Source: Tubiluchus corallicola (taxonomy: Eukaryota; Animalia; Priapulida). Taken from it: a stretch of DNA of 64,000 nucleotides. The stretch covers positions 62,001-126,000 of the forward strand of contig JAQGDQ010000446.1 in the NCBI GenBank assembly GCA_030141605.1, read 5' to 3'. The position numbers were made by a program, and so were the translations under genes. This document shows positions 51,002-64,000 of the stretch, one piece after another. Numbering within the stretch: the stretch's first letter is position 1; each line of letters begins with the position of its first letter. Under the pieces are notes generated by a model, which did no database searches, was not told where the DNA came from, and worked only from the letters and a program-made list of their open reading frames with translations.

Positions 51002-52347
51002 ATATGCATTTATGATTAATAATGAACGCATGTAATTATATAATAATGTTTATAATGTTTCGAAATGATGATTTTACAGTTGTTTTGCGTACTGCAAATA
51101 AGTCAAACATTTTCATAACAACATGCAGCTCCATATAAACTGAACGAATTAATAATAACTGTAGAAAACTGGCTATTTGTTTTACAGATTTTTTTCCACT
51201 CTTTGTAAAAAGGTGAAACTGCAATAGAAACAAGAAAAAAGAACATCAAACAAAAATAAATCAATAACAGACGTGCAAAAAAAGGAACAAGCATTAGCAT
51301 ATTAACAAGCATACTGAACCAGAATTTACAAATAAATAAACTTCCTGACATATCACAAATCAACATGCACGCCTACACACATATGCATATGCAGTTGCAA
51401 AAATCAATAATTAGGCATCACTGTAACACTATCAGAAACTATTAAGCTGACAAATAAATTACTGCAAAGCTCTGCATAAAAATGAAGAAACATATGAACT
51501 TACAAACGTTTGAGGATCCGTAGAAAAAACTTTAAGCCAGTTTTCAGAAATCTACAGAGACATACTGATTTTACAACAGTAGCAAACTGACCACACAGCT
51601 ACTGGACTCTATACCACTAAAACAGGATTTGTTCCTATTCTAAGGCTATCTAACCTCTCATACAAAAATTCCATCTTCCTTCTCATTTACACTCGAGTAA
51701 ATTTCATAGTTATACTGGGCATTTTGACAGATGTGCCAAATTCTAAACACAGTGTTTTGTCTATCTCTCCTTCACACACATAACAAAACAAATAAATAGG
51801 CCCAATCGAGACACAAAGTGTGTCAATCTATTATTATCTGCATTACGCAACCAGGTTCACGTTTCTCACCAACTTCCCCATAAATGCTAAAAATCTTATT
51901 ACAATTTCATATTGCACACTGTATCGCTAAAAAGCAACTATTTGTGTGAGCACTTGGCCTTGTTGAAAACTTTGGGGAAAATGGTACGGAAAATGAGCTG
52001 AGGCACCAAAACGCTTATTGACGTTACTAATGCATTTTTGTCCCCCCCCCCAAATGAGCATAACTAGCCTACACTTTGTTTTGAAATAATGATCGACAGA
52101 ATTTTTTGTTTCCAATTGCAGATTTAGGGGGTCTGTGCAAGGGGCCTGCAACCTCCCCTTTTCACAGTAGCAGTCACAACACATCTAATATTTCCTCCGG
52201 ATTATAAGCAATAGAACGTTTAGCAATAGTTTGTAATGAATGATGTCGAGTAAAGTGCTCTGCGTTAACGATTTTTGTGTGAAAACGTTTGCTACTGTTA
52301 TGAAAAAAAATTTGTTGAAATGTGAGTTTATTATGCTAATTACATAC

Positions 52348-52787
52348 CCGGTGTAAAAGGCACCTCAGCAGTGCCGCATGTTAGCTGACTGGTTCTTTTG
52401 ATTGCACCACCATGCAATGTTCCTTCATTAACGTCGCACCATGAAAATACATTTCCAGTATTTGCATTACAATCTGTATACAAGCTGCCTACTTCATAGT
52501 CTGTTAGTTGATAGTCGTAAAAATTCACACCAGTTATAGAGCCCACAAAACATTTAGTAGCTTTAAGGTTTCTAACTGGGTATTCATCTGGCTGCTGTCC
52601 TATCACTAACGTCCCGCTTTGAGCAACTTCTTTCTTAGGGGTCTTGCTGTTTGTACCAGAGTACACTTTAGAACCATCTAAGAAAATCGTGTAACTAGCA
52701 GCATCCCGGTTCCACAGAAGACAGAAATGATGCCAGCTCTCATCATGTAGTTGTGCAACCCAATCAGAGACAACTTTTTCCTCTATG
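52348..52787 (-). CDS. EGF-pentraxin gene, pentraxin domain 1, C-terminal half
   Basis: WHHFCLLWN (HxCxxW signature), GTLVIGQQPD, FVGSITGVNFYDYQLT, GNVFSW. Phase 2-1. Confidence 0.9.
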
Positions 52788-53629
52788 CTGAAAATGATAT
52801 AGCTGAATATTTATAATTAAAATGAATACTGGGTTAACAAAATTTTATAATTATCTTTACTGTGGACTGTAAATTATATGTGTGTACAAAGTAAATTTCA
52901 TATATATATATATATATATATATTATAACTATATATATTCACAATGAACTCATTTTGGGTAACAAACTGATATGTTAAAACAACTTAGAGCAATTGTAAG
53001 TGTATGCACTTGACAAATTGCTCAAAATTGTTCCTGATGTTATTTGAACACCTTATTTTAATGCTAATTAAGTAGCCGGATTAGCTCTAAAAGGTTAGAG
53101 CAGCAACAAAACACCTTAACCTAGCTAGGTATAGAAGGAAGCCAGACATGAACTTCACATTTGTGTGTTTTAAGTTTACAAAAATTACAGTACGTGTTTT
53201 TGATATAAGCACATGGTGCCTCCTTGTGTTTGTTTTTTTGCAAAATCAAGATAGACAGGTGAGCTAAGACAGGAAATGGGCCATGGCGTCATTTCGGAGA
53301 CTGGATAGGAAAGAATTCATTCTTGTTCAGTACGTCGGGTTGTTTTATAACGAAATTTTGTCAGTCGAGTTCTCTTTAGCAAGTTAGTAAGATGCGGCAA
53401 AAATGTAAGTTTGATTTCTTCACATTTCATAATATTATTATACATTTTCATTATAGCAGTTAGTTCTTTTTGACATTGGATTAGCAGAAACTGGTTTTTT
53501 TGCTGCAGATAAAACGAAGTCGAGTCGCTCATAATATGTCAGTCAAGCATGCCATGATGTGATAGTGATTTTGGGATGAGACGATGATTGCCCATTTTGG
53601 ACAATAAAAATCATAAATTACATGAAGAA

Positions 53630-54112
53630 CAGGGATGTGCAAATTATCTGACTAGCCGGTACACATTAAACTTTCCTGCAATTCCTGCGGGCCACAGGCA
53701 GTTTGGTCAAAGAGCCAAGTACAGAAAGGCCTAATAACGATTGTTTTTGCATCTGACCTGCGTACGTCATTACTACTACACTCAAGAAACTATTTTAGAA
53801 GTTATTAAAATTTAAATTACAAACCATATATTTCTACTTTCAAGACAGATAGTGGTAATTTCATTACAATGCATATTAGTAATGTGTATCGCACAGTCTG
53901 TGTAGTACAGTGTTATTAAGCTACAACCGTCTTGTGAGGGTTAATGGCATCCGATCTAGTAGAAAAAACTACCTGCACTATCTTTGGGATCTTGGCACGG
54001 ACTTCAGCTGGATACACTCAATTAATCGCCCGGGTCGCGTTTTCATTAGGTTGACAAATCTCTTCGCGGGCCGCACAAAATCTCTCAGCGGGCCGCAATT
54101 TGCACACCCCTG
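53630..54112. mobile_element. hAT-type MITE, family 2, inverted copy
   Basis: Reverse complement of 43558-43974. Degenerate TSD ATGAAGAA/ATATAGAA. Confidence 0.85.
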
Positions 54113-54205
54113 ATATAGAAGACTGTTGGACTTGTATTTAGCGCATGTCGTGCACAGTACGTATTGGCCTACTGCATATTTCTTAACATACATATTTATA
54201 CATAC

Positions 54206-54440
54206 CCATTAAAGTACAACTTCATTTTGTTTCGTTCTTCTTCATACACTGCCAAGGAGATCGCATCTAAATCATCAGATGTGGAATAATGAAAGAAATT
54301 ATATTTGTAGTTGTTCGAATGTTCTAACTTCAGCCACTCACAAACAGTGAATTGTGTTAAAGGATTAGCAGCTTCAATGTCTAATGCAAAGTAGTCAGTT
54401 TTGCTGGACTTCGGAAAGTAAAGATCAGTCAGGCAGTTCT
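54206..54440 (-). CDS. EGF-pentraxin gene, pentraxin domain 1, N-terminal half
   Basis: LYFPKSSKTDY...LTQFTVCEWLK matches the pentraxin F-T-x-C-x-W motif. TTTTCAG acceptor, GTATGT donor, phase 1-2. Confidence 0.88.
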
Positions 54441-56631
54441 CTGAAAATATGAAATTCGTAATTATCAAGACACAATTGTGAAATGCTATCAATGTCTTTA
54501 ATGCGTCATCCTGCTCCTAATTGATAAATAAATTACCAATAAAATTCAAAACACGCGCGTGCGACAAGTTGTTAATTTCAAATCCCCCTGCTAAATAAAT
54601 TACGAACAAATATCTTGAAAAAAATGTAGGCAATAATCTTCCCTCTTCCCACACTTTCCACTTTTGATCTAATATGCAATAAAAATATATAATTGTGAAA
54701 TATTATTATACATTTTCATTATAGCAATTAATTCTTTTTGATATTGGATTAGCAGAAAATAATAATGTAATATTTTTCACAGTTACTTTAATGCCGCTTT
54801 CTCATGTTACTGTGCGTAATATAAGCTGCTAAACTCTTGCCTTAATTACAGAAGTATCCAACAACATAGGTTTCTCTTCTCAGAAACGAAAATCAGGCAT
54901 ACATTTTCATATAATTATGTGTAAATACTTATTGTTACATTAATTATTACATAACAAAGCTAAGTTACTGAAGTAAGACACAATTGTGAAATGCTATCAA
55001 TGTCTTCCTAATTGATGGATAAATTACCAATAATGGAAAGGTGTCTATAATGTAATCATCCCTTTCTTCTGTTTAATAACCCCATACAGTTTAACTCTTG
55101 CATCATTCGTTCTCATCTACATGGACTGCATTTTGCTTAACCTCTACCTGACTGTTTTGACAACTTTTTTCATACCTAGTATACATAACTAAGAAAAATT
55201 GATATGGGAAACCAGCGCAGTTACAATGCAGTATATTCTCATGATCATGTTAACTTATTGCAAACATTTTTAAGCTTTTCTTGATTCCGTTCCACTAAAC
55301 GTGGTATTTTCTGTTCGTATTGCCATTTTCTGAATATCGTTTGCAAACTGGACTGAAATCTGTGTTATATTTTGCTTACGCATTTTGAAAGATTTTTATC
55401 AGAATATCAGCAAACACTGGGACTGGATACCACCCATTTTTNNNNNNNNNNNNNNNNNNNNNNNNNNNNNNNNNNNNNNNNNNNNNNNNNNNNNNNNNNN
55501 NNNNNNNNNNNNNNNNNNNNNNNNNNNNNNNNNNNNNNNNNNNNNNNNNNNNNNNNNNNNNNNNNNNNNNNNNNNNNNNNNNNNNNNNNNNNNNNNNNNN
55601 NNNNNNNNNNNNNNNNNNNNNNNNNNNNNNNNNNNNNNNNNNNNNNNNNNNNNNNNNNNNNNNNNNNNNNNNNNNNNNNNNNNNNNNNNNNNNNNNNNNN
55701 NNNNNNNNNNNNNNNNNNNNNNNNNNNNNNNNNNNNNNNNNNNNNNNNNNNNNNNNNNNNNNNNNNNNNNNNNNNNNNNNNNNNNNNNNNNNNNNNNNNN
55801 NNNNNNNNNNNNNNNNNNNNNNNNNNNNNNNNNNNNNNNNNNNNNNNNNNNNNNNNNNNNNNNNNNNNNNNNNNNNNNNNNNNNNNNNNNNNNNNNNNNN
55901 NNNNNNNNNNNNNNNNNNNNNNNNNNNNNNNNNNNNNNNNNNNNNNNNNNNNNNNNNNNNNNNNNNNNNNNNNNNNNNNNNNNNNNNNNNNNNNNNNNNN
56001 NNNNNNNNNNNNNNNNNNNNNNNNNNNNNNNNNNNNNNNNNNNNNNNNNNNNNNNNNNNNNNNNNNNNNNNNNNNNNNNNNNNNNNNNNNNNNNNNNNNN
56101 NNNNNNNNNNNNNNNNNNNNNNNNNNNNNNNNNNNNNNNNNNNNNNNNNNNNNNNNNNNNNNNNNNNNNNNNNNNNNNNNNNNNNNNNNNNNNNNNNNNN
56201 NNNNNNNNNNNNNNNNNNNNNNNNNNNNNNNNNNNNNNNNNNNNNNNNNNNNNNNNNNNNNNNNNTGAATTTTCTATCATTTTGATATAATTATAAATAT
56301 AACATATCTGGCACCAAATTTATTTTTGTCATGAGAATTCTTTGACAAGCATCCGTAAAATTTACAACAATGTAATGCTGTCGTTATAATTACACCTGTA
56401 GCTAGATATGACAAAGCAAGTTTTTATAGTGAGACTTTGGTGAAAACGTAGTTCGCGCTCACAACATTACAATATGGCATTTGTCTAAACAAAGATGCCA
56501 ACATGTGCATACAACTATTGTCATACTGGGGATAGAATTGGTTGTTTCTAGTAAGATATAGCCTATAGCCTAGTTAAGATATAGTCTAAAGCCTAAATTA
56601 TCCCACCATCATGAAAAGTAATATGCCTTAC

Positions 56632-56757
56632 CTGCACACACAGTTCCGTCTCCAGCATAACCCTGATCGCACGCACACATAAAGCTGCCATCTGTGTTTT
56701 GACAAATACCATGTTTCGCATCACAGTTATGAGTACCGTCTGCACATTCATTTATAT
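56632..56757 (-). CDS. EGF-pentraxin gene, second copy of cbEGF exon type A
   Basis: Near-identical to 59289-59414 with intact splice sites. Lies next to an assembly gap. Confidence 0.7.
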
Positions 56758-57482
56758 CTGTTCAAAAAACTGATTTCTGAATTCTCCAAAAACTACAAAA
56801 TTACACATTGCATAATCAGTTTGCTGTAGGTTACAAAGCCACGACCAGCTATTCGTAATGATCAGCTTTAGATGCAGTTGTAATCAATAAAATGTCTACA
56901 ACACGTGACTAGCAAATAGTGCTAGAAACAAAAACAAATTCATGTTATATATCTTACTAGGTTTAGACAACTGATTGGCACGTTTCCTACGTCTTATCAT
57001 TTCCTTCTCAGGAATAACCCTGCTCAGTTGCACATGTAAAGCTGCCACTCTCATTAGCAATTATCTTCACTTGCAGTTACAATAATTAATAAAAAAATTT
57101 ATACTCTGTCCAACAAAAGTGTCAAAACGCGAAAATTATTCTTTCTATAAGGGTTGCTAATTACACAGTTTTCCTAACAAAATCGAGTTTGATGGCATAT
57201 TGGTTATATTGTCCATTATTGTTACTATAAGATAACCTAGAGTAAATGGCAAATATTCTGCACAATATACACTAAACAGAAATTTCTGACATTACGAAGT
57301 CAAATCAATTTTGGTGTCGCTAGCCATTGATTCAACATTTCCACACATGTCCATTTAAATATGACGTCACGATAATTGATCAAAAATTAGGCTGGTGTCA
57401 AATTTTTAGGTCTCAATTACAGATCAACGCCAGTAACCGTGTGGACAGTCACTCACCAGTCCGGCAAATAATCAGATTTTAC

Positions 57483-57623
57483 CTGTAACTTCAATAGCGG
57501 TGCAAATAGTCCCATCTCCAGTATAACCCTGGTCGCATTTGCAAGTAAAGCTACCGTCAGTATTTTCACAGACGCCATGTTCCACATCACAGTCATGAGT
57601 ACCGATTACACATTCATCATTAT
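57483..57623 (-). CDS. EGF-pentraxin gene, cbEGF exon type B (DNDECVIGTHDCDVEHGVCENTDGSFTCKCDQGYTGDGTICTAIEVT)
   Basis: 141 nt, phase 1-1. AAG acceptor and GTAAAA donor are weaker sites. Confidence 0.75.
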
Positions 57624-59288
57624 CTTAAAAAGCAGACAGGCAAACTAAGGTAGTATCTACACAACCAGATCATCTGCTCAACACCTGTTGCACTGTTACC
57701 TGTGCAAGTATTGTTATTTGTAATAATGTGATTTGTAACAAAACAGAAAAATTTACGTCAAAATTAGACTAATCGTGAGCAAATCTTTTGTAAAATTTAG
57801 GCTAATGGCAAATTTAGGCTTTAGACTATATCTTACTAGAAACAACCAATTCTATCCCCAGTATGACAATGGTTGTATGCACATGTTGGCATCTTTGTTT
57901 AGACAAATCCCATATTGTAATGCTGCGAGCGTGAACTACGTTTCACGTAAGTCTCGATATAAAAACTTGCTTTGTCATATCTAGCTACAGGTATAATTAT
58001 TACGACACAATTACACTGTTGTAAATTTTACGGATGCTTGTCAAAGAATTCTCATGACAAAATTAAATTTGGTGCCAGATTTGTTATATTTATAATTATA
58101 TCAAAATGTTAGAAAATTCACAAAAAATGGGTGGTATCCAGTCCCAATTTTTCTGCACACAAATTTGGTTGTGTTGTACAGAAAGAGATGTAGAAAGAAA
58201 TGACACAAGCCAGAACAACATAATCGTTTTTACAACGTAATTTTCAACTACGAATTTTTGTCACAAAGTAATATTCAGCGGCAGTTTGATTATAATATTA
58301 GCACATAAAAACAAAATAACAAAAATAAATTGTGGTAACATTCAATATGCAGTCTTCTTCATAATGTATTGTAATCTATGCAGAAATTATAGTTTTATTG
58401 CAGAGATTATAGTGCTGGCCAAGAAATTAATTATAACAATTTCCTTTGCTGTTAAATAAACCACTTCCTCAGTATTTTGACTTCTTTATGTTAGGCCATC
58501 GATCATCAAAAGTACAAGTGCAAAGATTTTAGTTCACAAAGATTTGCAAACAATATATAAAATCCACCCATAAGAACAAAAAATTAACCAGTTTATTAAA
58601 AACAAATCAAGAAATGCTTTAAAAATATATGTAACAAGTTAGCAGGATCAGGAGAACTTAAACTGCTTCAGTGATTGAGGCATTTTAGGCTCACTATAGC
58701 TTTGATATGGGAAACCAGCGCAGTTACAATGCAGTATATTCTCATGATCATGTTAACTTATTGCAAACATATTTACGCTTTTCTTGATTCCGTTCCACTA
58801 AACGTGTTATTTTCTGTTCGTATTGCCATTTTCTGAATATCGTTTGCAAACTGGACTGAAATCTGTGTTATTTTTTGCTTACGCATTCTGAAAGGTTTCT
58901 ATCAGAATATCAGCAAACACTGGGACTGGATACCACCCATTTTTTGTGAATTTTCTAACATTTTGATATAATTATAAATATAACAAATCTGGCACCAAAT
59001 TTTTTTTGTCATGAGAATTCTTTGACAAGCATCCGTAAAATTTACAACAGTGTAATGGTGTCGTTATAATTATACCTGTAGCTAGATATGACAAAGCAAG
59101 TTTTTATAGCGAGACTTTGGTGAAAACGTAGTTCGCGCTCACAACATTACAATATGGCATTTGTCTAAACAAAGATGCCAACATGTGCATACAACCATTG
59201 TCATACTGAGGATAGAATTGATTGTTTCTAGTAAGATATAGTCTAAAGCCTAAATTATCCTACCATTATGAAAATTAGTATGCCTTAC

Positions 59289-59414
59289 CTGCACACACAG
59301 TTCCGTCTCCAGCATAACCCTGATCGCACGCACACATAAAGCTGCCATCTGTGTTTTGACAAATACCATGTTTCGCATCACAGTTATGAGTACCATCTGC
59401 ACATTCATTTATAT
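59289..59414 (-). CDS. EGF-pentraxin gene, cbEGF exon type A (DINECADGTHNCDAKHGICQNTDGSFMCACDQGYAGDGTVCA)
   Basis: 126 nt, phase 1-1, CAG acceptor and GTAAGG donor. Confidence 0.85.
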
Positions 59415-61559
59415 CTGTTCAAAAAACTGATTTCTGAATTCTCCAAAAACTACAAAATTACACATTGCATAATCAGTTTGCTGTAAATTACAAAGCCACG
59501 ACCAGCTATTCGTAATGATCAGCTTTAGATGCAGTTGTAATCAATAAAATGTCTACAACACGTGACTAGCAAATAGTGCTAGAAACAAAAACAAATTAAT
59601 GTTATTTATCTTACTAGGTTTAGACAACTGAATGGCATATTTCCTACGTCTTATCATTTCCTTCTCAGGAATAACCCTGCTCAGTTGCACATGTAAAGCT
59701 GCCACTCTCATTAGCAATTATCTTCACTTGCAGTTACAATAATTAATAAAATTTTTATACTGCGTCCAACAAAAGTGTCAAAACACGAAAATTATTCTTT
59801 CTGTAAGAGTTGCTAATTACACAGTTTTCCTAACAAAATCAAGTTTGATGGCAGATTGGTTATATTGTACATTGTTGTTACTATAAGATAACGTGGGGTA
59901 AATGGCAAATATTCTGCACAATATGCACTAAACAGAAATTTCTGACATCACGAAGTCAAATCAATTTTGGTGTCGCTAGCCATTGATTCAACATTTCCAC
60001 AAATGTCCATTTAATTTTTGACATTGGATTAGCAGAAAATAATGATGTAATATTTTTCACAATTACTTTAATGCTGCTTTCTCATGTTACTGTGCGTAAT
60101 ATAAGCTGCTAAACTCTTGCCTTAATTACAGAAGTATCCAACAACATAGGTTTCTCTTCTCAGAAACGAAAATCAGACATACATTTTCATATAATTATGT
60201 GTAAATACTTATTGTTACATTAATTATTACATAACAAAGCTAAGTTACTGAAGTAAGACACAATTGTGAAATGCTATCAATGTGTTCCTAATTGATGGAT
60301 AAATTACCAATAATGGAAAGGTGTTTATAATGTAATCATCCCTTTCTTCTGTTTAATAATCCCATACATTTTACTCTTGCATCATTCGTTCTCGTCTCCA
60401 TGGACTGCATTTTGTTTAACCTCTACCTAACTGTTTTGACAACTTTTTTCAAGCCTTGTAAATAAACCTTGTATGAATAACCAAGAAAAATTGTGAAACA
60501 CAAGATAGAGATCTGAAATTTTACAATTTTTCAAGAATCGCATACAACAAAGTTCTGCATCCATTATTCACTCCCCTTAGGTGCGTGTGATCTCTAAACT
60601 CCAATGACACAAAATGAATAATCGTTCATTAAATGTGTATCATATAACAACAATCACTAACGCATTTTTGTGGTAGTCCCCATGTACGTTGTTTAATTTA
60701 AACCTGCGGGATATAATGGTGGTCTTTGGTTTTTCACAGGCTTCGAGTATGTCTGTATCTGAATTTTGATTTTTATTTAAAGTTGTACACCGACAGGCAT
60801 TATCATTCGGTGTCGTCAACAAATTGAAGTAAATTATATGTATTTCTATTTAGAACGAGATTGCTTAGCTAATTTATGCAAATTGAAAACAGCAAAGGTC
60901 CCAGAATAGAACTTTGTGGCACTCGGCATGTTATTGTTTAAGACCAAGAAAGACAGTTAGGCCCTACTCATCTGACTACTTCGATTTTATTAGATAGATA
61001 ATTTTGAAATCAGCCAAAATCAAACGTCGAATGCCATAATGTGGAAATTTGTGGAGAAGAACTGAGAACTGTAGATTTGTTTTTGCTGTTTTGATAGTTT
61101 GTTCATATACCTTAGTGCTAACACAGTGAAGATACTTTTCGAATGCCAAATCAATTATTATCAAGAACATGAAAGATGATTTTATTGCCCTATGTATGGT
61201 CATTTAAAACACACACATCATAAAATTTCCAAAATTTGTCTAAAATAGTTTAAAGAGAATATATTATTAGAGAACATTTAACTCTTGGCAACAATAACAG
61301 GCCTTGAATTAATTCTGCTGTGTGCCCACAGGTTTGAAGATATAGTATTTGTTGTGCATGCCAAGATGATGGTGATTACCAAGAATATTATGATTGTACA
61401 AGTATTTGTTAAAACGTATACACTTCTCCCAAAAATTAGCGAGAAACGATAAAAGCAAAACAGGCCAGTAATTATTTATCTAACAAATGTATTCTAGCCA
61501 TTCTGCTTTTTTGTGAAAATTTCCTTTTAACAAACCCTTTCCTTAATTAGCCTTTTATT

Positions 61560-61745
61560 AGAACATGACAATAAACAGTATGGTGGTGATGATGATAATG
61601 GTGATGGTGGCCATGATTCTAATGATGATGGTGATGATGGAATGATAATGATACATAACTGTAATGATTATGTTGGTGATATTTATAATCATGATGAAGA
61701 TTATGACAATGTAATGATCACAATAATGTGAAAGATAATGAAGAT
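61560..61745. repeat. Degenerate (GAT/AAT)n trinucleotide tract
   Basis: Direct reading. Confidence 0.7.
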
Positions 61746-62052
61746 TCCATTGGTAATCAAAATAGTTCACAAGACACTTTTGAAGCCAAAGTAACAGCAA
61801 AAATTACAAATGCAAATAGCTACTTTGAAATGCACAACCATTGCCGTGTCCGTACGAAGTGTTCTTAAAATTATTAGAGCTTAAAGTTCTTTAAGATTTT
61901 AGCAATGGTGCCCAAAGTCATTACAATGACTTTGGACGAAAACAAATACGCGTGCTGTCTTTGAAGTATAACTATCAATTCAAACATTATTTAAAATTGA
62001 CCCTGTCTGACAAATTTCTAGCACTATGTACATCCTTGTATCCAACACCTAC

Positions 62053-62190
62053 CCTCAGCTGAGCCCATGCACGTGACACCGTCTCCAGAATAACCTGTGT
62101 CACACTCACAGGTAAAACTCCCATTGGTGTTTCGACAGATGCCATGTTGTGCATCACAGGTATGAACATTGGTTGCACATTCATCTAAGT
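62053..62190 (-). CDS. EGF-pentraxin gene, calcium-binding EGF exon (DLDECATNVHTCDAQHGICRNTNGSFTCECDTGYSGDGVTC)
   Basis: cbEGF consensus with 6 Cys, 138 nt, phase 1-1, AG/GT flanks. Confidence 0.88.
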
Positions 62191-62669
62191 CTAAAAAGAG
62201 AGCACGTAGTTGAAGAAAAAGTCTCAATAAATTCTGTGTTATATATAACGACAAATTAGTGACTAAATCAATGATTAGTTAGTAAATCATTAACATCTCG
62301 AAACGAGCAAACATTAGCAACACAAATTATAGGCTACAGATAAATTTCACATCAAAAGCAGTTTTATATTTTCCATTTTACAAGTAAAACTCGTTGATGT
62401 TACCCTTCGTCTTTCAGTAAAACGGTGCATGCACCCGAGCCTGCATTGAATTAGGCATCTACACTTACATAACCAAACTCCGCTAATCCTGGAAGGCATG
62501 AGTCCTCCAGTTTCAATATGCTCGAGAAACAACGTTGCCAACGTTGCAAACTTTCTACTTCGTTAAAAAGTTTGAATGAAATATTTCATTAAAAAACAAT
62601 ACCCTTAACTATCTCACGTTGCAAGAAAAATTAACCAGAAGGTACGGCAGACATATTATTCACACTTAC

Positions 62670-62760
62670 CTACACATTTTGTGCTGATATCTGTGCACTG
62701 AAGAAGGAATACTATTAGCGTAAAGAAAGACACAGGATATATTTTTCCAAATTGTTGCAC
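62670..62760 (-). CDS. EGF-pentraxin gene, signal-peptide exon (VQQFGKIYPVSFFTLIVFLLQCTDISTKCV)
   Basis: TTTTTATCAG acceptor, G|GTAAGT donor, hydrophobic core, ends in phase 1. Confidence 0.7.
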
Positions 62761-63207
62761 CTGATAAAAAGGCAAAGATTATTGTGCGCACATCTAGAGT
62801 ATCTGGGGGAATTTCGTCAAACTCTCCATCTAACTCATATACATTTTGGCAATCAAAAAATTAGATAGGTGTAGCAGCTACCACCGCTACAAAACAATGC
62901 CATCTATTGACAGCCATCTGTAAACTAATATGTTGCAGTCGTACTGGCTAACACTTCACACCTTTATCGATTTAGTATTTCCTACTAACTAACAAACATG
63001 GATATGTGAGTTCAAATCCTGAATTTGACGAAATTCTGCTAGATACTCTAAATAAGGGCACATGCTAAAAAACTAAAAAAGTGAAAGTTTCATCACCCCA
63101 AAAAACAGCTTTTCAAGTTATTCCCATGCCTGAATTCCTACTACTCAAGTGGGTCAAAATGCTTTTAAAGACGTATTAAAATTTAGTTTGCTGATCGTCC
63201 AGATTAA

Positions 63208-63597
63208 CCCTTTCATACCCGTTGTATCCCGTGGGATACAAGAATATTTTCTGCCTTTAAAATTAATAAAATCATAAAACTGACAGTTATTTGATCTGTT
63301 AATAGTTATTTTGATTTAAGCCAATAACAACAGACTAAAAATGGTGATAAAATGACAAACTAGAAAATCAACATAGCACAAAAAACTGCGCAAGGCACAG
63401 TACTTTAGAGATGACTTTGTACAGATCAACATAGCGTGTATACTAAATGTCTTAAATACTTTAAAAAATTATCAGCAGTTGCAAAATGAAGCCGATTTTA
63501 TGCTTACATTGAATCCCAATTTTTTGCTTTTGTTGTGTCTTTAAAAAAGTCGGACTTTGTTTTTTCTTACTAAAAAAGTAATTTGGGACTGAAAGGG
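63208..63597. mobile_element. piggyBac-type MITE, copy 3
   Basis: Same termini and TTAA TSD, shorter and internally altered. Confidence 0.88.
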
Positions 63598-63682
63598 TTA
63601 ATGGAGACAATATTTCCTGTCGCTTACATTATATTGTTACCTTTAGAAATATTATAATCCCGAAAAAATAGCACAGCCTTAC

Positions 63683-63685
63683 CAT
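63683..63685 (-). CDS. EGF-pentraxin gene, candidate start codon at the end of exon 63683-63740
   Basis: Minus strand reads ACAAAATG|GTAAGG, with an in-frame TAA upstream. Phase 0 matches the next exon. Confidence 0.55.
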
Positions 63686-64000
63686 TTTGTTCAGTCCAAC
63701 TTAATAAGTCTGCTGTAGCTTTTCCATACAATAGAGTTACCTATAAAAAGAACTCAGTTTAAAGTTGATCACATTTTCGTTTTTGCATCAGTAATAATTT
63801 TCAATCACGTAATCATCACCATCAGCATCGTTATCATCTTTGCCTCTTTCTCATTTTTACTGTACTCGCCGCACCCATTTAAGAACGGAATAAAGCCAGA
63901 TGCATCTGTTTACCTGTAAACTAAATTCTCGCGTAAATAGTAAAACTGTACAGGTATGTAACCCAGATTTAGTAGGCAGTATTGTTTTTCTAACCATCTT

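Noticed and set aside
49694-56290. Long poly-X ORFs in the ORF track
   Set aside because: Artefacts of translating across the N gaps.
57452-57482. Downstream GTGAGT donor for EGF exon B (also near 49393-49423)
   Set aside because: Extending to it reads through an in-frame TGA, so the upstream GTAAAA donor was used in the model.

Overview
AT-rich, intron-containing metazoan (invertebrate-type) genomic DNA with two assembly gaps (49752-50091, 55442-56265). The organism cannot be identified from sequence alone. The left two-thirds holds a tandem cluster of four plus-strand gustatory receptor-like (Gr/Grl, 7TM ion channel superfamily) genes. Each has a long first exon, a 90-nt exon and a terminal exon carrying the TYhhhhhQF pore signature, all joined by phase-0 introns. 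A relic 5' end of a fifth paralog and a minisatellite-like C2H2 zinc-finger array lie among them. The right third holds a minus-strand gene for a predicted secreted protein with signal peptide, calcium-binding EGF repeats and two pentraxin domains, whose EGF exons sit in recently duplicated blocks. Intergenic and intronic DNA is packed with short mobile elements, many with target-site duplications readable by eye: a 5S-headed RTE-tailed SINE, bipartite RTE derivatives, two solo-LTR-like families, and hAT, piggyBac, ISL2EU-like and pogo-like MITEs. The most unusual signals are a 69-bp minisatellite built from the exon 2/intron 2 splice junction of receptor 4, a conserved N-glycosylation sequon in the receptor C-tails, and the hypervariable zinc-finger array. 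All calls are from manual reading; no database search was run.
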